Source: an uncultured Solirubrobacterales bacterium (GTDB lineage: Bacteria > Actinomycetota > Thermoleophilia > Solirubrobacterales > 70-9). Taken from it: DNA of 64,000 nt. The translations under genes and the position numbers were made by a program. Positions 31,167-43,227 of this stretch are shown here, in pieces. The stretch's first letter is position 1. Every line of letters begins with the position of its first letter. The stretch lies in the NCBI GenBank assembly GCA_963791095.1, contig CAWBRE010000012.1, forward strand, positions 9,370 to 73,369. Reading direction: 5' to 3'. The notes under the pieces were generated by a model. The model was not told where the DNA came from. It made no database searches and saw nothing but the letters and a program-made list of their open reading frames with translations.

Positions 31167-31280
31167 TCGTCATGCCAGCGCCGGTCCCTTCTCCTCCAGC
31201 CCCTGGTCATACGCCGCCCACCGCAACTCCGCGCCACCTCGCCGACGCTTAGCCCCCTCGCGTCCCTTCCTCGCCAGCCC

Positions 31281-31976
31281 CTAGTCCTGCGCCGCCGCCC
31301 GTAGCACCGCCACCTCGGCCTCACTCAGCCGCCGCGCCTTTCCCTCTCCCAGCTTCCCCAGCCCCAGGGGCCCGAAGCCGATCCGCTGCAGCGACACCAC
31401 CCGGTTGCCGACCGCCTCGACCATCCGGCGCACTTGGCGGTTGCGGCCTTCGCGCAGGACGATCTCGATCTCGCGGTCGCCGAGGGGGCGGACCTGCGCC
31501 GGGGCGGTCGGCCCGTCCTCCAGCTCGATGCCCTCGCGCAACTGCGCCACTTCGCGCTTGCTCGGGGCCTTCCCCAGCCGCGCCCGGTAGGTCTTGGCGA
31601 CTTCGTAGCGCGGGTGGGTCAGGTGGTTCGCCAGCGCCCCGTCGTTGGTCAGCAGCAGCAGGCCGGTCGAGTCGGCGTCGAGGCGTCCCACCGGATAGAG
31701 GCGCGCCCCGGAGTCGACGAGCTCGACGACCGCCCGCCGCTCCCCCGGCTCGCGCGCCGTCGAGACCACGCCGGCGGGCTTGTTCACCGCCCAGACCTCC
31801 AGCGCCTCGGCGCCGACCGGCGCCCCGTTGACCCGCACGTCATCGCCGTCGCCGACGTCGCGGGCCGGGTCGACGACCACCTCGCCGCCGACCGTCACCA
31901 CGCCCTTGGCGATGATCTCCTCCGCTTTGCGACGCGACGCGACCCCGCCGTGGGCGAGGTATTTGGCCAGCCTCAC
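31281..31976 (-). CDS. rluB: 23S rRNA pseudouridine synthase (RluB/RsuA family) with S4 domain
   Basis: 231 aa. MRLAKYLAHGGVASRRKAE (S4), VGRLDADSTGLLLLTNDG, REGRNRQVRRM. Confidence 0.85.
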   Translation of the reverse strand: MRLAKYLAHGGVASRRKAEEIIAKGVVTVGGEVVVDPARDVGDGDDVRVNGAPVGAEALEVWAVNKPAGVVSTAREPGERRAVVELVDSGARLYPVGRLDADSTGLLLLTNDGALANHLTHPRYEVAKTYRARLGKAPSKREVAQLREGIELEDGPTAPAQVRPLGDREIEIVLREGRNRQVRRMVEAVGNRVVSLQRIGFGPLGLGKLGEGKARRLSEAEVAVLRAAAQD

Positions 31977-31992
31977 GGGCGGCGCACGCCGG

Positions 31993-32562
31993 TCATTCGG
32001 CGCGCTGTTCGCCGGCTTTCAGCAGCCGCTCGCGCAGCTCGCGTTCGTCCTCCGGGGTCGGGTCGAACTGCGAGGGGTCGGGCAGGCCCTCGATGCCGGT
32101 GAGGCCGAAGAGGCGTTCGAAGAGGTCCGAGGTCTTGAAGATCGCGGCGCCGAACTGGGAGCGTCCCGACTCCTCGATCAGGCCGCGGTCGGCCAGCGTC
32201 TGCACCGCCGACTCGGAGCTGACGCCGCGGATCCGGGCGATCTCCGGGCGGGAGACCGGCTGCAGGTAGGCGACGATCGCGAGGGTCTCGGCCTGGGCCG
32301 GGGTCAGCGGCGGGGTGCGCGGTTTGGCGAGGAGGCGGCGCGCGGCGCCCTCGGCGGCCGGGTCGCTGGCGAGGGTGAAGCCGCCGCCGATCAGCCGCAG
32401 GACGATCCCCCGCCGGCCCTCGCCGAGGTCTTCGCTCAGCAGCTCGATCGCCTCGGCGACCTGGCCCTCGGTCGCCTCGGTCGCCTCGGCGAGGTCGGCG
32501 ACGCTGACCGGGTCGGGCGAGAGGAAGAGCAGGGCTTCGACGGTGCGCGAGAGGTCGTTCAC
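31993..32562 (-). CDS. scpB: Segregation and condensation protein B
   Basis: 189 aa. VEALLFLS, LSPAQ-like TPAQAETLAIVAYLQPVSRPEIARIRGV. Confidence 0.88.
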   Translation of the reverse strand: MNDLSRTVEALLFLSPDPVSVADLAEATEATEGQVAEAIELLSEDLGEGRRGIVLRLIGGGFTLASDPAAEGAARRLLAKPRTPPLTPAQAETLAIVAYLQPVSRPEIARIRGVSSESAVQTLADRGLIEESGRSQFGAAIFKTSDLFERLFGLTGIEGLPDPSQFDPTPEDERELRERLLKAGEQRAE

Positions 32563-33296
32563 GCCGTCGCCTCGCCGCTGCCGCGCAGCACCCGGATCGG
32601 GCCGAAGTTCTCCTTCTGCTCCCAGGTCACCTCGCCCTTGCTGTAGAGGTCGAGCAGGGCGAAGATCGTCACCGCCTGGGTCAGCCGGTCCTCCTTGCCG
32701 AACTCCTCGTCGAAGTCGAAGCTGGGGCGGGCGAGGAGCGCGTCGCGCACCACGCGGAGGCGGCGCTGCAGGGAGACGGTCGGGCGGATGTGGGAGACGT
32801 CGACTTCCTCGGGCTCGCGCAGGAGGTCGCCGATCGCGGCGCCGAGGCGTGCGGGGTCATAGACGGCGACGGCGGCATCGACGGCGACGCGGCGCAGGCC
32901 GGCCGGGAGCGGCGCCGAGCGGTAGAGGTAGCCGCGCTCGGCCTCGAAGCGGTCGGCGAGGACGGCGGAGGCGTCGCGGTAGCGGCGGTACTCGAGCATG
33001 CGGGCGAGCAGCTCCTCGACCGCCTCCTCGGGTTTCAGCGGCTCGAGGCCCTCCTCCTCGCGCGGCAGCATGAGGCGGGACTTCAGCTCCAGCAGCGAGG
33101 CGATCAGGACGAGGAATTCGGTCGCCACCTCGAGGTCGAGCTCACCGGCCTCCTCAAGGTGGTCGACGTAGGCGACGACGACCTCGCCGAGCTGCAGCTC
33201 GAGCAGGCTGACCTCCTCGCGCAGGACGACGGCGAGGAGGAGGTCGAACGGGCCCGCGAAGACGTCGAGGTCCAGATCCAGATCGGCGACCGGCAT
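32559..33296 (-). CDS. scpA: Segregation and condensation protein A
   Basis: 245 aa. FAGPFDLLLAVVLREEVSLLELQLGEV, EFLVLIASLLELKSRLMLP. 4-nt overlap with scpB. Confidence 0.88.
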   Translation of the reverse strand: MPVADLDLDLDVFAGPFDLLLAVVLREEVSLLELQLGEVVVAYVDHLEEAGELDLEVATEFLVLIASLLELKSRLMLPREEEGLEPLKPEEAVEELLARMLEYRRYRDASAVLADRFEAERGYLYRSAPLPAGLRRVAVDAAVAVYDPARLGAAIGDLLREPEEVDVSHIRPTVSLQRRLRVVRDALLARPSFDFDEEFGKEDRLTQAVTIFALLDLYSKGEVTWEQKENFGPIRVLRGSGEATA

Positions 33297-33326
33297 CGGC
33301 TCAGACTAGACGCGGACCGGGACGGT

Positions 33327-33386
33327 CACCCCTGTCCCCCACCCGGGGAATGGCTTGGGAGCGCGGATCTCTCCCCCGCTTCCTCG
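33327..33386. repeat. Family C element, copy 2, about 36 nt 3' of the trpS stop
   Basis: See 28388-28447. Confidence 0.65.
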
Positions 33387-33421
33387 AAACACCGCCCAAA
33401 ATGGGCGAAACGGCTCCGGGC

Positions 33422-34414
33422 CTAGCCGAACCCCATCCGCGCCCGCACGTCGACCAGCGTCGCCGCCGCGATCTCCCGGGCCTTCTCCGCCCCGGCCGCC
33501 AGCGTCGCCTCGAGCGCCGCCTCGTCCGGCCGCAGCTCCTCGTAGCGCTCCCGCACCGGCCCGAGCAGCTCGACCACCCCGTCGGCCACCGCCTTCTTGA
33601 AGTCGCCGTAGCCCGCGCCGTCGAAGTCGGCCTCGATCTGCGCCCGGCCGGTCCCCCGCGCCACCGCGAGGATGTCGATCAGGTTCGTCACCCCCGGCTT
33701 GTCCGGCGCGGCGCGCACCTCGCGTCCCGAATCGGTCACCGCCGAGCCGACCTTCTTGCGGATCGTCTTCTCGTCGTCGAGCACCAGCACCGTCCCCTGC
33801 TCGGTCCCGCCGGTCGTCGACATCTTCATCGTCGGCTCCTGCAGGTCCATGATCCGCGCGCCGACCTCGGGCACGACCAGCTCCGGCACCACCAGCGTGT
33901 CGCCGAAGCGGGCGTTGAACTTGCGCGCGATCTCCCGCATCAGCTCGACGTGCTGGCGCTGGTCGTCGCCGACCGGCACTTCGGTCGCCCGGTAGGCGAG
34001 CACGTCGGCGGCCATCAGCACCGGGTAGTAGAAGAGCGCCGCCGAGGCCAGCTCGCGCGCCTTGCCGACCTTCTCCTTGAACTGGGTCATCCGATCGAGG
34101 TCACCGTGCGAGGTCACCGCCGACAGCAGCCAGGTCAACTCGGTGTGCTCGCGCACGTCGGACTGGCGGAAGAAGATGCAGCGCTCCGGATCGAGCCCGG
34201 CGGCGAGCAGGATCGCGGCGGTGTCGAGCACCCGCTCACGCAGGTCGGCCGGGTCGTAGGGGACCGAGATCGAGTGCAGGTCGACGACGCAGTAGATCGC
34301 CGGGTCGCCGCGGTCCTGCCCCTCGACGTACTGGCGGATCGCGCCGATGTAGTTGCCGAGGTGCTTGCGGCCGGTCGGCTGGATGCCGGAGAAGATGATC
34401 GGGCTGTCAGTCAT
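33422..34414 (-). CDS. trpS: Tryptophan--tRNA ligase
   Basis: 330 aa. GIQPTGRKHLGNY (HIGH-like), KMSTT (KMSKS-like). Confidence 0.95.
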   Translation of the reverse strand: MTDSPIIFSGIQPTGRKHLGNYIGAIRQYVEGQDRGDPAIYCVVDLHSISVPYDPADLRERVLDTAAILLAAGLDPERCIFFRQSDVREHTELTWLLSAVTSHGDLDRMTQFKEKVGKARELASAALFYYPVLMAADVLAYRATEVPVGDDQRQHVELMREIARKFNARFGDTLVVPELVVPEVGARIMDLQEPTMKMSTTGGTEQGTVLVLDDEKTIRKKVGSAVTDSGREVRAAPDKPGVTNLIDILAVARGTGRAQIEADFDGAGYGDFKKAVADGVVELLGPVRERYEELRPDEAALEATLAAGAEKAREIAAATLVDVRARMGFG

Positions 34415-36016
34415 CGGAGGCCAACCCTAATTTCTCCGCCTCGTCGGCGTTCTCCTGACCAGGGGCCGACCCGCGCCGCGGGTTCTCGATGCCGATCCCG
34501 GCGGCGATCCCGCCGAGGATCATCAGCAGGCCGGCGAGCAGCGTGCCGAGGTGGAAGGCCGAGGTCGAGGCGTCGGCGGAGGCGGTGACGATCGCGCGTC
34601 GCTCGAACGGCTCGAGCTTGCTCGTATCCGGGATCCCGAGCGGCTGTTCCTTCGCTTCGGCGACGGCGTCTCGGGCGCGGCGGAAAGATTCGTCCTCGGC
34701 GCGAGTCAGCTTGCCGATGATCTGGACCGGATCCGACGCCAGCTCCGAGTCGAGCCGCGCGGCGAAGTGGGCCGAGATCACCGCGCCGAGCACCGCGATC
34801 GCCAGCAGCCCCGCCACCCGCGAGACCCCGTTGTTGATCCCGGAGGCGATCCCGACCCGGTTCTCGGCGACCGAGTCGAGCACGGTCGCGGTCAGCGGCG
34901 CCACCGTCGCCGAGAGCCCGAGGCCGAAGACGAGCACCGCGGGCAGCACGTCGGTGACGTAGTCGGCGCCGGGTTCGAGGCGCAGGAAGAGCAGCATGCC
35001 GAGCGCCGCCGACGATCGGGCCGAGCGATCATCGGCAGCCGCGGCCCGGTCCCCGAGGCGAGCCTGCCGAAGCGCGGCGAGAGCAGGAAGAGGCAGAGCG
35101 AGATCGGCGTCGTCGCCAGCCCCGCCTCGAGCGCCGTGTAGCCGACCACCTGCTGCAGGTAGAGGCCGATGAAGAGCAGCCCGGCGCCAAGCCCGGCGTA
35201 GACGGAGAGCGTGGTCAGGTTGGCGACGGCGAAGTTGCGGATGCGGAACAGGGAGAGGTCGAGCATCGGCCGGGCCGCCCGCGCCTCCCAGGCGATGAAG
35301 GCGGCGAAGCACGCCACCCCGGCGATCAGCGTCAGCCAGACCAGCGGGTCGCCCCAGCCGTGGCTCGGCTCCTCGATCAGGGCGAAGACCGGCCCCGCCA
35401 GGCCCGCCGCCGAGAGCAGCACGCCGGGGACGTCGATACCGGGCGAGGCGTCCGGATCGCTCGACTCCTCGATCACCCGCAGCGCCAGCGCCACCGTCAC
35501 CGCGATCAGCGGGATGTTGACCCAGAAGATCGCCCGCCAGGAGATCAGCCCGACCAGCGCGCCGCCGCCCGCCGGCCCGAACACGGTCGCGATCCCGGTC
35601 CACGCGGTCCAGGTGCCGACCGCCTTGCCCCGCTCCTCGCCCGAGAAGGTGGCGGCGACGATCGCCAGCGAGCCCGGCACCGAGAGCGCCCCGGCGATCC
35701 CCTGCAGCGCCCGCGCGCCGACCAGGAACTCCTCGCTCGGCGCCAGCGCGCAGAGGATCGAGGTCGCCCCGAAGGCGACCAGCCCGATCACGAAGAGGCG
35801 CTTGCGCCCGAACTGGTCGCCGAGGCTGCCGCCGACGAGGAGCAGCGAGACCATCGTCAGCATGTAGGCCTCGACCACCCACTGCTGCCCGGCGAGCCCG
35901 GCGTTCAGCTCCCGCCCGAGCGAGGGCAGCGCCACGTTGACGATCGTCCCGTCGAGGAAGACGACGGTCGAGCCGAGGATCGTCGCCACCAGGGTGAGGC
36001 GCTGCTGCCGGGACAC
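34407..36016 (-). CDS. MFS drug:H+ antiporter (14-TM EmrB/QacA-like); frame disturbed at 35004-35026
   Basis: The N-terminal 330 aa read in ORF 34892..36016 and the C-terminal part in ORF 34407..36203. The short middle frame reads LGPIVGG, consistent with two separate +1 insertions. 8-nt overlap with the trpS start. Confidence 0.8.
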
Positions 36017-36196
36017 GGGGCGAGTCTAGGTCCCGCCCCGCGTCATCTCGCCGGGCGCCGAGGCGGGCGGTTCCTCGTGTCGAGGCGCTCAGTCCCGCGT
36101 GTCCAGGCGCACAGCTCCGCAAGTTCGCAGCCGTTCGCCCTACCGTGCAGGACATCCCGAGTGATCGCTGGAACAATCGGGGTAGGTGAACGCGTA

Positions 36197-37087
36197 ATGG
36201 CAAGAGCGATCTGGTCCGGCTCGATCAGCTTCGGGCTGCTGAACGTCCCGGTGCGGATGTACAGCGCCGTCGCGCGGCGGAATATCGCCCTGCGCGAGAT
36301 CCGCGAATCGGACTCCGCCCGGATCAAACACCGCCGCTTCGCCGACGGGACCGACGAGGAGGTCCCCTACGACGAGATCATCAAGGCCTACGAGCTGACC
36401 CCCGGCCAGTACGTCCCGCTGACCAAGGAAGAGATGGAAGCGCTGGCGCCGGAAAAAACGCGCGCGATCGAGGTCAAGGACTTCGTCGACCTCGATGAGA
36501 TCGACCCGATGTACTTCGACAGCCCCTACTACCTGGGCCCCGCCGACGGCGCCGAGAAAGCGTACGGGCTGCTGGCGAAAGCGATGGCGGCCTCGGGCAA
36601 GGTGGCGATCGCCCGCTTCGTCCTGCGCAACAAAGAGCACCTGGCGGCGATCCGCAGCGCCAGCGACGTGCTGACGCTGACGACGATGCGCTTCGCCGAC
36701 GAGGTGGTGCCGGCGAAAGAGCTCGAAATCCTTCCCGAGAAAGCGCAGAAACCGGCGCAACGCGAGCAGGAGATGGCCGAGCAGCTGATCGAATCGCTCT
36801 CCACCGACTTCGACCCGGGCGCCTACCACGACGAATATCGCGAGCAGCTGCTGAAACTGATCGAACGGAAAGCGGAAGGCAAAGAAATCGTCGCCTCCGA
36901 GGCGGAATCGCCGAAAGCGACCAAAGCCCCCGACCTGATGGCGGCCCTGGAAGAGTCAATCGCCGCGGCGCAGGGCGGGAAGAAAAAACCGGCGAAAAAA
37001 GCCGCGAAAAAAACGACTCCCAAAGCCAAAAAAGCTGCCGCTAAAAAATCGCCCGCAAAAAAACGGGCGAAAGCCAAAGCCAAGTAG
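36197..37087 (+). CDS. ku: NHEJ DNA end-binding protein Ku with lysine/alanine-rich C-terminal tail
   Basis: MARAIWSGSISFGLLNVPVRMYSA.. is the canonical bacterial Ku N-terminus. The tail is KKKPAKKAAKKTTPKAKKAAAKKSPAKKRAKAKAK. Confidence 0.93.
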   Translation: MARAIWSGSISFGLLNVPVRMYSAVARRNIALREIRESDSARIKHRRFADGTDEEVPYDEIIKAYELTPGQYVPLTKEEMEALAPEKTRAIEVKDFVDLDEIDPMYFDSPYYLGPADGAEKAYGLLAKAMAASGKVAIARFVLRNKEHLAAIRSASDVLTLTTMRFADEVVPAKELEILPEKAQKPAQREQEMAEQLIESLSTDFDPGAYHDEYREQLLKLIERKAEGKEIVASEAESPKATKAPDLMAALEESIAAAQGGKKKPAKKAAKKTTPKAKKAAAKKSPAKKRAKAKAK

Positions 37088-37096
37088 GCCCTCCCC

Positions 37097-38014
37097 GTGG
37101 CGACCAGCCGCCAGGTCGAGGTCGACGGTCGGGAGCTGAAGCTCACCAACCTGGACAAGGTGCTCTACCCGAAGAGCGGCTTCACCAAGGGCGAGATGAT
37201 CGATTACTACGCCAAGGTGGCGCCGGTGATGGTCCCCCACCTGAGCGCCCGCGCGGTCACCCTGCGCCGCTTCCCGGAAGGGGTCGAGGACACGAACTCC
37301 GCCTTCTTCGAGAAGCGCTGCCCCAAACACCGTCCCAAATGGGTGAAGACGGCAAGCGTCGACGCCGGGCCGAAAGCGGGCAAGATCGACTTCTGCGTCT
37401 GCGACGGGCTGCCGACCCTGATCTGGATGGCTCAGTTGGCGTCAATCGAGTTCCACCCCTCGCTCTCCAAAGCGCGGGCGCCGAAACGGCCGACCGTGCT
37501 CGCCTTCGACCTCGACCCCGGCCCGCCCGCCGACATCATCGACTGCTGCGGCGTGGCGCTGCGCCTGCGCGACCTCTTCGGCCACTTCGGGGTCCAGTCG
37601 TTCCCGAAGACCTCGGGCTCCAAGGGGATGCAGGTCTACGTCCCCCTCAACTCCAAAAAAGTGAACTACGAGGTGACCAAACCGTTCGCCAAAGCGATCG
37701 CCCAGCTGCTCGAGAAGCAGACCCCGGACAAGGTCCTCTCGAAAATGAAAAAAGTCGAACGCGAGGGCAAGGTCTTCGTCGACTGGTCGCAGAACCACCC
37801 GAGCAAAACGACGATCGCCGTCTACAGCCTGCGCGCCCGTGAACAGCAGACCGCCTCGACCCCGGTGACCTGGGAGGAGGTCGAGGAGGCCGCCGACTCC
37901 GGCGACGGCAAGAAGCTGGTCTTCACCGCCGACGCGGTGGTCGACCGGATCGAGAAGCACGGCGACCTCTTCGCGCCGGTGCTCGAGCTGGAACAGGAAC
38001 TGCCGGACCTCTAG
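37097..38014 (+). CDS. Stand-alone NHEJ polymerase/primase (LigD Pol domain)
   Basis: 305 aa. LKLTNLDKVLYP, FFEKRCP, FDLDP, KTSGSKGMQVYVPL, VFVDWSQN. No ligase or phosphoesterase domain in this ORF or this window. Confidence 0.9.
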   Translation: MATSRQVEVDGRELKLTNLDKVLYPKSGFTKGEMIDYYAKVAPVMVPHLSARAVTLRRFPEGVEDTNSAFFEKRCPKHRPKWVKTASVDAGPKAGKIDFCVCDGLPTLIWMAQLASIEFHPSLSKARAPKRPTVLAFDLDPGPPADIIDCCGVALRLRDLFGHFGVQSFPKTSGSKGMQVYVPLNSKKVNYEVTKPFAKAIAQLLEKQTPDKVLSKMKKVEREGKVFVDWSQNHPSKTTIAVYSLRAREQQTASTPVTWEEVEEAADSGDGKKLVFTADAVVDRIEKHGDLFAPVLELEQELPDL

Positions 38015-38647
38015 GGGTCGAAGCGGCCGTGCGTCGCCGGGGGCGTGCTGCCGCCGACGCCGCGCCACATCTGGGTGGCGCCGAGGCCGGCAATCAGCTC
38101 GACCTCCCGGGTCGGGCGGAAGCCGAGCCGTTCGTAGCGCGGCACGTTGGCGGGGTTCGAGGACTCGAGGAAGGCGGCGGCGGGTGGGTCGCCGGCGTCG
38201 ATCTCGGCCAGGCAATCGGCGACCAGGCCGACGCCCGTGACCGTGCCCGGCGTGGTCGGGATGGGTGCCGAGCAGGCTGAGGTAGAAGTGCGGCGGCTCG
38301 TGCGGGTGGTTGGCTTCGAAGGCGTGCATCAGGTCGAGCACCCGCTGCGCCGACTCGGGTCCGCAGGCGCCCGCCACGATTCCCGGCATCCGCTCCTCGT
38401 CGGCGGGCGTCATCTCCGGCGAACCGGGCGGGATCCAGACCGCCACCGCCTCCACCCCGTCGGTCACCCGCACCCATCCCTGGTCGAGCGCTGCGGCGGC
38501 GAAGAAGCCGAACACCTCGGCCAGCGCCGCCAGCTTCCGATCGCGCTCGGCGTCTTCGAAGGCCCAGCCCCAGAGCGGATCGTGCTCGAAGGCGCCCGCC
38601 AGGGTGAGGCCGATCGCCTCCAGGTCCGTCTCGGTCGCCACGCGCAT
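38011..38647 (-). CDS. GNAT family N-acetyltransferase; frame broken by one extra base near 38236-38240
   Basis: MRVATETDLEAIG..YLSLLGTHPDHAG reads in ORF 37442..38689. GVGLVADCLAEIDAGDPPAAAFLESSNPANVPRYERLGFRPTREVEL..* reads in the +1 frame. The start may be 38689. Confidence 0.7.
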
Positions 38648-38720
38648 GCTCACGCCGGCCACCTTCTCATGGGCCGGGCCGCACGTCATTGGACGGCGAG
38701 GAGCGAATCCGGGCCGATGG

Positions 38721-39593
38721 TCAGCCGGGGAGATCGGCGGCGAGCAGCTCGGGGTGGGCGTCGAGGGTCTGCTCGAGCGTCATCGGCGCCCGCCCGGTGA
38801 CCGCCTCGACGTCGCCGCTGACCTGGTCGAGCGAGCCGTCGGCGATCGCCGCGTAAGTGCTGATCCAGCCCTCGATCATCCAGTCGGGGGCGCCGGTCGG
38901 GCGGCGGCTCGCCCAGGCCTCCTCGGTCGTCTCCTCGACGTAGGAGTACGGCTCGCCGGTGTAAGCGCCCAGCCGCGCGGCGGCCTCGGTGAGGGTGAAG
39001 AGCTCGGGGCCGGTGAGGCCGTAGGCCTTGCCGTCGTGATCGCCGAGCGCGGTCAGCACCGCGACGGCGACCGCGGCGACGTCGTCGCGGGAGACCGGTG
39101 AGAGCCGTCCCGTCCCCGCCGGCCCGCGGAAGGTCCGCTCCGGCCCGGCGAAGTAGGGGATGAAGTCCATGTAGAAGGAGTCGCGCAGGAAGGTGAAGGC
39201 GACGCCTGCCTCGCGGATCGCCTGCTCGGTAGCCCAGTGGTCGCGGCCGAGGAGGAAGGTCGAGTCCTCGGCGGCGCCAAGGAACGAGGTGTAGACGATC
39301 CGCTCGACCCCGGCCCCCGCCGCTGCCTCGATCGCGGCCCGGTGCTGGGCGACCCGGTCCGGGGCCTCCTCGGCGGAGACGAGGAAGAGGGTGCCGACGC
39401 CCTCGAGCGCCGCACGGAACCCGGCCGGGTCGGCGTAGCCGCCGGGAACCTCGCGCACCTCGGCGCCGTCGAGGCGCGGCGCCCGCTCGGCCGAGCGGAC
39501 GACCAGCCGCTGCTCGACACTGAGGTCGGCGAGCGCCCTTGCGACCCGCCCGCCCAAGGCGCCGGTCGATCCGGTGACGGCGAGATCGGTCAT
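38721..39593 (-). CDS. NmrA-like / atypical SDR NAD(P)-binding protein
   Basis: 290 aa. VTGSTGALGGRV Rossmann motif. Confidence 0.75.
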   Translation of the reverse strand: MTDLAVTGSTGALGGRVARALADLSVEQRLVVRSAERAPRLDGAEVREVPGGYADPAGFRAALEGVGTLFLVSAEEAPDRVAQHRAAIEAAAGAGVERIVYTSFLGAAEDSTFLLGRDHWATEQAIREAGVAFTFLRDSFYMDFIPYFAGPERTFRGPAGTGRLSPVSRDDVAAVAVAVLTALGDHDGKAYGLTGPELFTLTEAAARLGAYTGEPYSYVEETTEEAWASRRPTGAPDWMIEGWISTYAAIADGSLDQVSGDVEAVTGRAPMTLEQTLDAHPELLAADLPG

Positions 39594-39662
39594 GCCTACG
39601 CGCCGGTCCCGCGGGTGACGGTGAGAGCGGCCATGCCTACGCCGGTCCGGCCGAACATCGCC

Positions 39663-41329
39663 TCAGGCGTCGGAGTCGGCCGGCGAGGTGGCGTCGTTGA
39701 AGTCGGTCTCCGGCGCCGAGCCGTTCGCGGCGGCGTCCACGCCTCCGCCCACCGATGGCGATCCGCCCCGGCTTGCGCCGGCCGCCCCACCGTCGCCGCC
39801 GCTCGAGTCGAAGGCCTGGCGCACGACCGGCCTGCGGGTCGCCCGCACCTCGTCCAGCCGGCGGACCGGGGTCGAGTAGGGGGCGTTCTTGGCCAGCTCG
39901 GGATCGGTCTCGGCCTCGGTGAGGATCTCCTCGATCGCGTCGGCGAAGGCGTCGAGGCTCTCCTTCGTCTCGGTCTCGGTCGGCTCGATCATCAGCGCCT
40001 CGTCGACCAGGAGCGGGAAGTAGACGGTCGGCGGGTGGAAGCCGAAGTCGAGCAGCCGCTTCGCCAGGTCGAGGGTCGCCAGGCCGAGCTCTTTTTTCAT
40101 CGGCCGGCCGGAGAGGACGAACTCGTGCATGCAGTGGCGGTCGAAGGCGATCGGCAGCCGCTCGCCCGCGCGCCCGGCGGCGAGCCGCGCTTTCAGGTAG
40201 TTGGCGTTCAGCACCGCGGTCTCCGAGGCCTCGGTGAGGCCGTCGGCGCCGAGGCTGAGGATGTAGGCGTAGGAGCGGACGAAGACGCCGAAGTTGCCCT
40301 GGAAGCCGCGCAGGCGGCCGATCGACTTGGGTCGCTCGAAATCGAGGTCGAAGCTCGGGCCGTGGCCGTTGGAGCTCTCCTTGCGCACCACCTGGGGCCG
40401 CGGCAGGAACGGCTCGATCCGCGAGCTGACCGCAATCGGCCCCGCTCCCGGCCCGCCGCCGCCGTGCGGCTGGCTGAAGGACTTGTGCAGGTTCAGGTGG
40501 ACGATGTCGAAGCCCATGTCGCCGGGCCGCGAGCGCCCCATGATCGCGTTCAGGTTCGCGCCGTCGTAGTAGAGCGTCCCCCCCGCCTCGTGGATCAGCG
40601 CCGCGATCTCCTCGATGTTCTCGTCGAAGAGCCCGAGCGTGTTCGGGTTGGTCAGCATCAGGCAGGCGATCTGGTCGGGGCCCTCCTCGGCGATCTTCGC
40701 CCGCAGGTCATCGATGTCGACGCCGCCGCGCTCGTTCGTCGCGACTTTGACCACCTCGTAGCCGGCCATCGTCACCGAGGCCGGGTTGGTCCCGTGCGAG
40801 GTGTCAGGCGCCAGCACCTTGGTCCGCGTTTCGCCGCGGTCGGCGTGGTAGGCGCGGGTCAGCAGCAGGCCGGCGAGCTCGCCGTGGGAGCCGGCCGAGG
40901 GCTGCAGGCTGACGCTGGGCAGGCCGCAGATCTCCGACAGGCTCTCCTGCAGCAGGTACATCAGCTCCAGCGCGCCCTGGGCGCGGCGCGGGTCCTGCGC
41001 CGGGTGCAGGCGGGCGTGGCCGGGCAGCGCCGCGACCCGCTCGTTGAGGCGCGGGTTGTGCTTCATCGTGCAGGAGCCGAGCGGGTAGAAGCCCGAGTCA
41101 AGGTCGAAGTTGCGGCGGCTGAGCCGGTTGTAGTGGCGGACGATCTCCGGCTCGGCGATCTCAGGGAGGTTCGGCGGCTCGGAGCGCAGCAGGTTGGCCG
41201 GGATCAGCTCCTCGATCGGCGGCTCCGGCACGCCCGCGTCGGGGAGGACGGCGGCGCGCCGGCCGGTCTTCGACTTCTCGTAGATCGTCGTCGCGCGTTC
41301 GCGCTGCAGCGGCGCCTCGGCGAGCGGCG

Positions 41330-41333
<4 letters not shown>
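39663..41333 (-). CDS. gcvPB: Glycine dehydrogenase (decarboxylating) subunit 2
   Basis: 556 aa. LGSCTMKHN, NLHKSFSQPHGGGGPG. About 50-aa low-complexity C-terminal extension. Confidence 0.93.
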
Positions 41334-42736
<1,403 letters not shown>

Positions 42737-42823
42737 CCGCTACAGGCTAGGGAACCGGGTGGTTGGGCTCGCGGACGCGGTCGCGCGGAAAGTGCGGGCA
42801 TTCCGAGGGCCAGGCGCCCGGAT

Positions 42824-43216
42824 CTACCGGTCGAGAAGTTTCTGGTACTCGTCGGCGGTGAGGAGCGACTGGTACTCATCCGGGTTCGACAGCTTCACCT
42901 TCACCAGCCAGCCGCCCTCGTAGGGGCCCTCGTTGATCTGCTCGGGGCCGTCGGAGAGCGCCTCGTTGACCTCGGTCACCTCGCCGGACATCGGCGCGAT
43001 CACGTCGGAGACCGCCTTCACCGACTCGACCTCGGCGTAGGGCTGGTCTTTGGTCAGCGCCGTCCCCACCTCGGGCGGCTCGAAGAAGACGACCTCGCCG
43101 AGCGTGTCCTGGGCGTACCAGGTGATCCCGAACACCGCCGCGTCGTCGCCGTCGAGCCGCACCCAGTCGTGCTGGTCGTGGTAGCGCAGGTCGTCGGGGT
43201 AGTTGGCCTCGGCCAA
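42824..43216 (-). CDS. gcvH: Glycine cleavage system H protein
   Basis: 130 aa. The lipoyl-lysine motif reads VESVKAVSDV. Confidence 0.95.
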   Translation of the reverse strand: MAEANYPDDLRYHDQHDWVRLDGDDAAVFGITWYAQDTLGEVVFFEPPEVGTALTKDQPYAEVESVKAVSDVIAPMSGEVTEVNEALSDGPEQINEGPYEGGWLVKVKLSNPDEYQSLLTADEYQKLLDR

Positions 43217-43227
43217 GGTTCAGCTCC

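Noticed and set aside
34407-34420. T-box or other leader upstream of trpS
   Set aside because: The trpS start overlaps the stop of the upstream MFS gene by 8 nt, so there is no leader.
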